This document shows positions 59,680-64,000 of a DNA stretch of 64,000 nucleotides, piece after piece. The DNA comes from a virus: IMG/VR virus record IMGVR_UViG_3300042880_000420, positions 45,033-109,032 of that record. The stretch is one strand, 5' to 3'. How positions within the stretch are numbered: the first letter of the stretch is position 1; each line of letters starts with the position of its first letter. The notes beneath the pieces were generated by a model. It made no database searches. It had not been told where the DNA came from and was given only the letters and a program-made list of their open reading frames with translations. The position numbers were made by a program, and so were the translations under genes.

Positions 59680-59847
59680 ATGCAAATAGTTAATACAACA
59701 ATTGTTACATCTGTAACAGAAATTAAAGAACTAATACAACATTGTATTGTATATAATCTTGAAGGGCAGATTAATCTTACATTTGAAGATGGTAAAATAT
59801 TGGTATCAGAACCATCAAAACAACCAGCTCCTGATGATATAGGATAA
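59680..59847 (+). CDS. 55-aa hypothetical protein, absent from the ORF track
   Basis: [55 protein letters not shown]. Confidence 0.6.
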   Translation: MQIVNTTIVTSVTEIKELIQHCIVYNLEGQINLTFEDGKILVSEPSKQPAPDDIG

Positions 59848-59852
59848 TTAAT

Positions 59853-60170
59853 AAATTAAATAAAAAAGTAATTGATGCTCATAGAGTATCATACATGATT
59901 CATAAAGGAGAAATACCAAGTGGAGTATATGTGTGTCATACTTGCGATAATAGGAAATGTGTAAATCCTGATCACTTATTTTTAGGAACAGCAAAAGAAA
60001 ATCATCAAGATGCTGTTAATAAAGGTAGAGTTATATTTGGATGGAACACTGAAAAATTAAAAAAACATCCAAGTAGAGGTGCTTATCTTAGAGGTTGTAG
60101 ATGTGAAGAATGTAAAGCTATCAATAATATGATGGTTAAAAGATATAGGGAAGGGTTAAAAAATAAATAA
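59853..60170 (+). pseudogene. 5'-truncated HNH endonuclease (HNH_3-like)
   Basis: In-frame [14 protein letters not shown] upstream of the called ATG, then [21 protein letters not shown]; C-terminal [10 protein letters not shown]; N-terminus missing. Confidence 0.65.
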
Positions 60171-60222
60171 TCCTGTCCTGACTACAATAAAAAAACAAAA
60201 CTAAACAAACTAAACAAAAGAC

Positions 60223-60444
60223 ATGAAAAAGTTAATTGCAATTTTCAGCATAGGTGTATTATTGGTAAGCTGTAATGCCACCACTGTTTCTCAAGATAAA
60301 GAGATGCTTCAAAAGAAATACCCAAAAGGTATTGTGTATAGTGTTGACAAATGTCGATACATAGTGGTGGATTCTACAAATGTGTTAGATATTAGGGTAG
60401 AGCTAAATGGAACCATTATTAGGTCTACCGTGAAAATAAAATAA
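60223..60444 (+). CDS. Small lipoprotein
   Basis: MKKLIAIFSIGVLLVS-C lipobox. Confidence 0.7.
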   Translation: MKKLIAIFSIGVLLVSCNATTVSQDKEMLQKKYPKGIVYSVDKCRYIVVDSTNVLDIRVELNGTIIRSTVKIK

Positions 60445-60481
60445 TAAAACCAAATAAAACTAAAATAAAAACAAAAAAAAC

Positions 60482-60697
60482 ATGAACACAATAAAACAAT
60501 CAATGTATATGTTTAGTTTAACTTTCAGTGTAATAATGTTTATTATATTGATAGATTATAGTATAGCATTTACAAAACATTTATCGCATACTAATATGTT
60601 AGGTTTAGAAGTTAACATTAATAACTTTTTATGGATAATAGTTATTTTTATTATAAATTTAACACAAAATATAATCATGTTAAATGACAAAAATTAA
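60482..60697 (+). CDS. Small two-TM membrane protein
   Basis: Two hydrophobic segments. Confidence 0.55.
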   Translation: MNTIKQSMYMFSLTFSVIMFIILIDYSIAFTKHLSHTNMLGLEVNINNFLWIIVIFIINLTQNIIMLNDKN

Positions 60698-60719
60698 ATA
60701 AAAATCTAAATAAAAAACA

Positions 60720-60884
60720 ATGAAAAAACAAAAATTCTCATTCAAATCATTGCTATTTAAATCAGCAACTGAATTCAAATCTTGGTATAATTATATTATC
60801 AGGAAATTTACAGATATAAAAATTGTGTCTGTTCGTAGTTTTGGTAAACTAATTGTATATAAAATTAAATATTCTATTAGTTAA
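60720..60884 (+). CDS. 54-aa basic hypothetical protein, absent from the ORF track
   Basis: MKKQKFSFKSLLFKSATEFKSWYNYIIRKF...; A-rich leader. Confidence 0.5.
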   Translation: MKKQKFSFKSLLFKSATEFKSWYNYIIRKFTDIKIVSVRSFGKLIVYKIKYSIS

Positions 60885-60907
60885 ATTATTAAGAAAAACA
60901 ATAAAAC

Positions 60908-61026
60908 AGTTAGGTGGTGTAATAAAAACATATGTAATGCTGCTGTCAGTATGCCAAAATGGTAAAAGACACTTAGCAAAAGTATGCTATAAAACACAGC
61001 TACAGGGTCGTAATCTATCCTAATTT
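60908..61026 (+). ncRNA. Degenerate tRNA-like element
   Basis: Acceptor-like AGTTAGG/CCTAATT; TGGTGTAAT D-arm start; degenerate T-arm ACAGGGTCGTAATCTAT; no clean anticodon arm. Confidence 0.35.
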
Positions 61027-61045
61027 CTAAAATAAAAATAAAAAT

Positions 61046-61300
61046 ATGAAAAAACAAACTTTATTAAAAGGAGAAGGTGCTAATCAGCACACATTGTATG
61101 GTGATTTTCAAATTGAAGACACTGAAATTGATTTTATGGATATTGAAGTGAGGAAAGAAAGCTTACTTAAACATGAAACACCTGCTGGAACATTTTCTAA
61201 TGAACATCAAGCACTTGCTGTTGATGAAGGAGAATGGAGTATGGGTAAACAAGTGGAATATAATCCATTTGAGCGTAGAATTACACAAATTTGGGACTAA
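61046..61300 (+). CDS. Small His-containing protein of the DUF6745-associated type
   Basis: LLKGEGANQHTL...LLKHE...EHQAL...G.W...QVEYNP. Confidence 0.6.
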   Translation: MKKQTLLKGEGANQHTLYGDFQIEDTEIDFMDIEVRKESLLKHETPAGTFSNEHQALAVDEGEWSMGKQVEYNPFERRITQIWD

Positions 61301-61704
61301 TGGCTAATCCATTAATACATTCAAAATCCAGTGTAAAAAGGTGGGGTGGAAAAGTAGAAGACTACATATCCATTCACGAGTTAATTGATAGTCCGAAAGC
61401 GACTATGAATAATAACTCATCAAGATTATTAACACATAATACTTGGTTTGCGTATCATATATGTCCGAAGATTTTTGGATATAACATTACGAACTCTGAT
61501 GGTAAGAGTGTTGATGTAGTTGATATTGCTATGTTACATATCGCGGAAGATTTCCGTATGAAATTCGTTCCAACACCACAGGATTACTTACAACATTTAC
61601 AAGTCCAACCCTGGATGAATAATGGTGTGAAGGTTTTGGATAGTGTGGAAGCCCAAAACATTGTTAAACAATTAAACGAAAAATTACATTATGAAATCAG
61701 TTAA
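61300..61704 (+). CDS. DUF6915-like protein
   Basis: MANPLIHSKSSVKRWGGKVEDYISIH...HIAEDF...PTPQDYL...PWM; TAATG overlap. Confidence 0.7.
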   Translation: MANPLIHSKSSVKRWGGKVEDYISIHELIDSPKATMNNNSSRLLTHNTWFAYHICPKIFGYNITNSDGKSVDVVDIAMLHIAEDFRMKFVPTPQDYLQHLQVQPWMNNGVKVLDSVEAQNIVKQLNEKLHYEIS

Positions 61705-62344
61705 TGAACAAATGATTGACAAGTGGAAAGAACTCAATATCAAAAGTTGTAGTATGGAGTTCTCTTGTGGTGGTGATAGTATGAACGACTACACATTTAC
61801 CTTTTACACCAACGACAACAAAGAAGTTGATGGTGAAGAACTTACTGACTACGTTGAAACCGAAGTATTCAATGAGGTTAAGTTTTATGAAGTTTCTGAT
61901 GGACACTACATTGGTGAGTCTGGTGTTGTGGAAATTAAATTGGAAGAAGAAGATGATGAAGAACCATACTTTTCGTATTACAAAGATGCGAGTTCTGAAT
62001 GGTCAGATAGATTTTTCGGACAAATGAACGTACCATTGACCGATACCGAACTTTCTTTTATCAAAGAAAAGGTATTGAATATGAATGGTGGTGATTGGGG
62101 TGAACCAAATATCAACTACAAAGTAGATTGTATCGTTACAGATGAAGAAGAAAAAATGATGAATGATTTAATTCAGAAAATTTGTGATGAGAGTGAAGAC
62201 TTTGAAATAGAGGATGCGAGTGGTGAACCAGAAGAAGGTTTCAGATGGACAACCAATGAAGATGAAGATGAGATTAAATTTGAAGGAAACTCTCTCAAAG
62301 TACAAGTTGAGAGAAATTATATGACAACAACTCCAAGCGAATAA
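61691..62344 (+). CDS. DUF6878-like acidic protein
   Basis: EFSCGGDSM motif; very acidic, with an apparent internal duplication. Confidence 0.55.
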   Translation: MKSVNEQMIDKWKELNIKSCSMEFSCGGDSMNDYTFTFYTNDNKEVDGEELTDYVETEVFNEVKFYEVSDGHYIGESGVVEIKLEEEDDEEPYFSYYKDASSEWSDRFFGQMNVPLTDTELSFIKEKVLNMNGGDWGEPNINYKVDCIVTDEEEKMMNDLIQKICDESEDFEIEDASGEPEEGFRWTTNEDEDEIKFEGNSLKVQVERNYMTTTPSE

Positions 62345-62345
62345 T

Positions 62346-63035
62346 ATGAAAATAATAATCAACAACGTAGAATTTCCTTTTAATGAAGGGTGTCGTTTAC
62401 TTAAATTGAAGTATGACAAATGTCCAATGAAGGAAATAGAAGATTTTTGGGAAGACATAGTACCAATGAACTTCAAAGATATTGCGGTAAGTTTTACTAA
62501 TACCGAACAACGTAGAGTAGGCATCTTATGTTTAGGTTTAGAAAAGTTGGTGAGTGAAGTAAACCCAAGACTGATTAAATCTGAAACCATAAAAAAAGAA
62601 ACCACTTGGGTTGATGAGAATGGTGTACTACAAAATCATAAGTTCAATGACATTTATGAACTATACGAAGTAGATGGTAGTATATGGGGTGAAAATGAAA
62701 GAGGTTGGAATATCCGAAATGTTCATTATGTAAAATGTAAGGACACCTCAACTGACAGAGAGTATTTCCTTTGGGTAAATGCCCAAGATGTGTATAGTGC
62801 AAATGATACAAGAGAGAGTAGATGGTATAGTAGTAATGAAAACTATGGTAATCTTATTACACCAATCCAATCAATCGCTTGGACAATTCAAACTGACATC
62901 AAAGAAGGTGGTATTGAAAAAATTATTCGTCAAGGTGATTGTATTATGATTAAGAAGAAACCAAATGCCAAAAAAGGAGATGTAAGACATTTAACAGAAA
63001 AAGAATACTTAACATTATTAAAAGAAGAAAGTTGA
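62346..63035 (+). CDS. DUF6745-like protein with C-terminal RQGD segment
   Basis: NTEQRRV, YELYEV, YVKCKDTSTDREYFLWV, IAWT, IIRQGDCI. Confidence 0.6.
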   Translation: MKIIINNVEFPFNEGCRLLKLKYDKCPMKEIEDFWEDIVPMNFKDIAVSFTNTEQRRVGILCLGLEKLVSEVNPRLIKSETIKKETTWVDENGVLQNHKFNDIYELYEVDGSIWGENERGWNIRNVHYVKCKDTSTDREYFLWVNAQDVYSANDTRESRWYSSNENYGNLITPIQSIAWTIQTDIKEGGIEKIIRQGDCIMIKKKPNAKKGDVRHLTEKEYLTLLKEES

Positions 63036-63172
63036 AAACATATAAAATACAAATAGAAAAAAATCAACAATATACAACAGTGTATATTAATGCTAGAGAT
63101 CGTGCTGAAGCAGAAAAACTTGCTAAAGCAAATTATAGTGGATATAGAATTGCTATTATTACAGAAGAGTGA
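63032..63172 (+). CDS. 46-aa hypothetical protein (TTG start), absent from the ORF track
   Basis: MKTYKIQIEKNQQYTTVYINARDRAEAEKLAKANYSGYRIAIITEE; V.A....A...A pattern; overlaps the upstream stop. Confidence 0.55.
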   Translation: MKTYKIQIEKNQQYTTVYINARDRAEAEKLAKANYSGYRIAIITEE

Positions 63173-63176
63173 TAAT

Positions 63177-63416
63177 ATGAACGAATTTAATTTTACTTAT
63201 AAAACAGATGAAGAATTTCAAAAAGCAAAAGAACGCGGATATATTGAGTCTTATAATATTGTAAGAATTAATATTTCAGATAATAAAGGTTTTTTTAATT
63301 ATCCAATACATTCTGAAGAAGAATTTAATAAAGTAATCAATTTTTTAGAAACAATAAATATTAATTATAACATACATCCTGATATTCATAGTTATGATAT
63401 TCAAGATTATGTTTAA
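63177..63416 (+). CDS. Hypothetical protein (79 aa)
   Basis: Start reassigned to MNEFNF. Confidence 0.55.
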   Translation: MNEFNFTYKTDEEFQKAKERGYIESYNIVRINISDNKGFFNYPIHSEEEFNKVINFLETININYNIHPDIHSYDIQDYV

Positions 63417-63431
63417 AACAATTTAAAAAAA

Positions 63432-63941
63432 ATGAATATAACATTTAACCATGAAGCAGAGACACTTCCAAATTCTATAAACATTAATACTGAAGAGCTT
63501 ATTTACACTAAAAAAGCTCTTATTTTTAGTATTTTAAGTCCTAGAGTGATGTCTGAAATGTATTATGATGATCCAGATGATGCTCCATCTAACATGACAA
63601 CTACTAGTGGAAGATTAGAATTAGGCCTTTCATTATTAAATAAGGATAATATGAAGTTTTATTATCTTTATAATTATAAAGATATTTATACTAAGCTTAC
63701 TGGAATGTATATGGCTTATAAAAATCCAGATATTTTAAAAAATCTAATAAAAGAAGATTTAGATGATATTAATATTGCATTAAAAAATCTAATAATGCAT
63801 ATTAAAATTAAACCTGTTAAAGATATTGTAGAAAGTATTGAGAAATCTAATGGTAATTTTTTAAATTTTTTAGAAAATACAAAAAATCTTTTAATATTTG
63901 ATGAAGATGGAGATTTATTAAACAAAGAAGAAGAAGAATAA
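63432..63941 (+). CDS. Hypothetical protein (169 aa)
   Basis: ORF track; A-rich leader. Confidence 0.6.
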   Translation: MNITFNHEAETLPNSININTEELIYTKKALIFSILSPRVMSEMYYDDPDDAPSNMTTTSGRLELGLSLLNKDNMKFYYLYNYKDIYTKLTGMYMAYKNPDILKNLIKEDLDDINIALKNLIMHIKIKPVKDIVESIEKSNGNFLNFLENTKNLLIFDEDGDLLNKEEEE

Positions 63942-64000
63942 TATGTTAGAATTTTTAATTTTAAACATTCCTTGTATTAGAAAAAAAATCATTTATTTAA

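Noticed and set aside
57335-59845. Other CTGATGA occurrences as hammerheads (about 57340, 59002, 59831)
   Set aside because: Inside coding sequence and lacking the flanking stems and GAAA
1-64000. Stop-codon reassignment, as known in some crAss-like phages
   Set aside because: Core genes are intact and densely packed under code 11; both TGA and TAG terminate genes; only one isolated in-frame TGA

Overview
This AT-rich window is part of a crAss-like (Crassvirales-type) phage genome, most likely infecting Bacteroidota: there are no Shine-Dalgarno motifs, leaders are A-rich, and TAnnTTTG promoters are present. Positions 1-55.4 kb form a minus-strand late/structural block. In transcription order it encodes a RepL-like protein, HU/IHF-like proteins, a PD-(D/E)XK nuclease, terminase large subunit, portal, scaffold-like protein, major capsid protein, ring and auxiliary capsid proteins, a Dps-like protein, tail-fibre genes, a metallophosphoesterase, a zincin protease, the muzzle/tail stabilisation protein, xxGG-punctuated cargo polyproteins, and a giant virion protein running off the left edge. 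The coding strand switches at about 55.4-55.6 kb to plus-strand small early genes. The standard genetic code is used. Most interesting signals: (1) an intergenic minus-strand hairpin whose loop UUUGUUGGUUUU is antisense to an AAACCAACAA motif at the translation starts of at least 5-6 late genes, a candidate multi-target phage sRNA system; (2) a perfect parS site with RepL, iteron-like palindromes and 23-bp direct repeats at the strand switch; (3) an intact type III hammerhead ribozyme ahead of an early gene; (4) xxGG-delimited modular virion polyproteins next to a HExxH protease; (5) an HNH gene that has taken over the start of the tail-fibre gene via a 13-bp duplication; (6) a four-gene DUF6915/DUF6878/DUF6745-like cassette. 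All family assignments come from motif recognition and gene order, not database searches.
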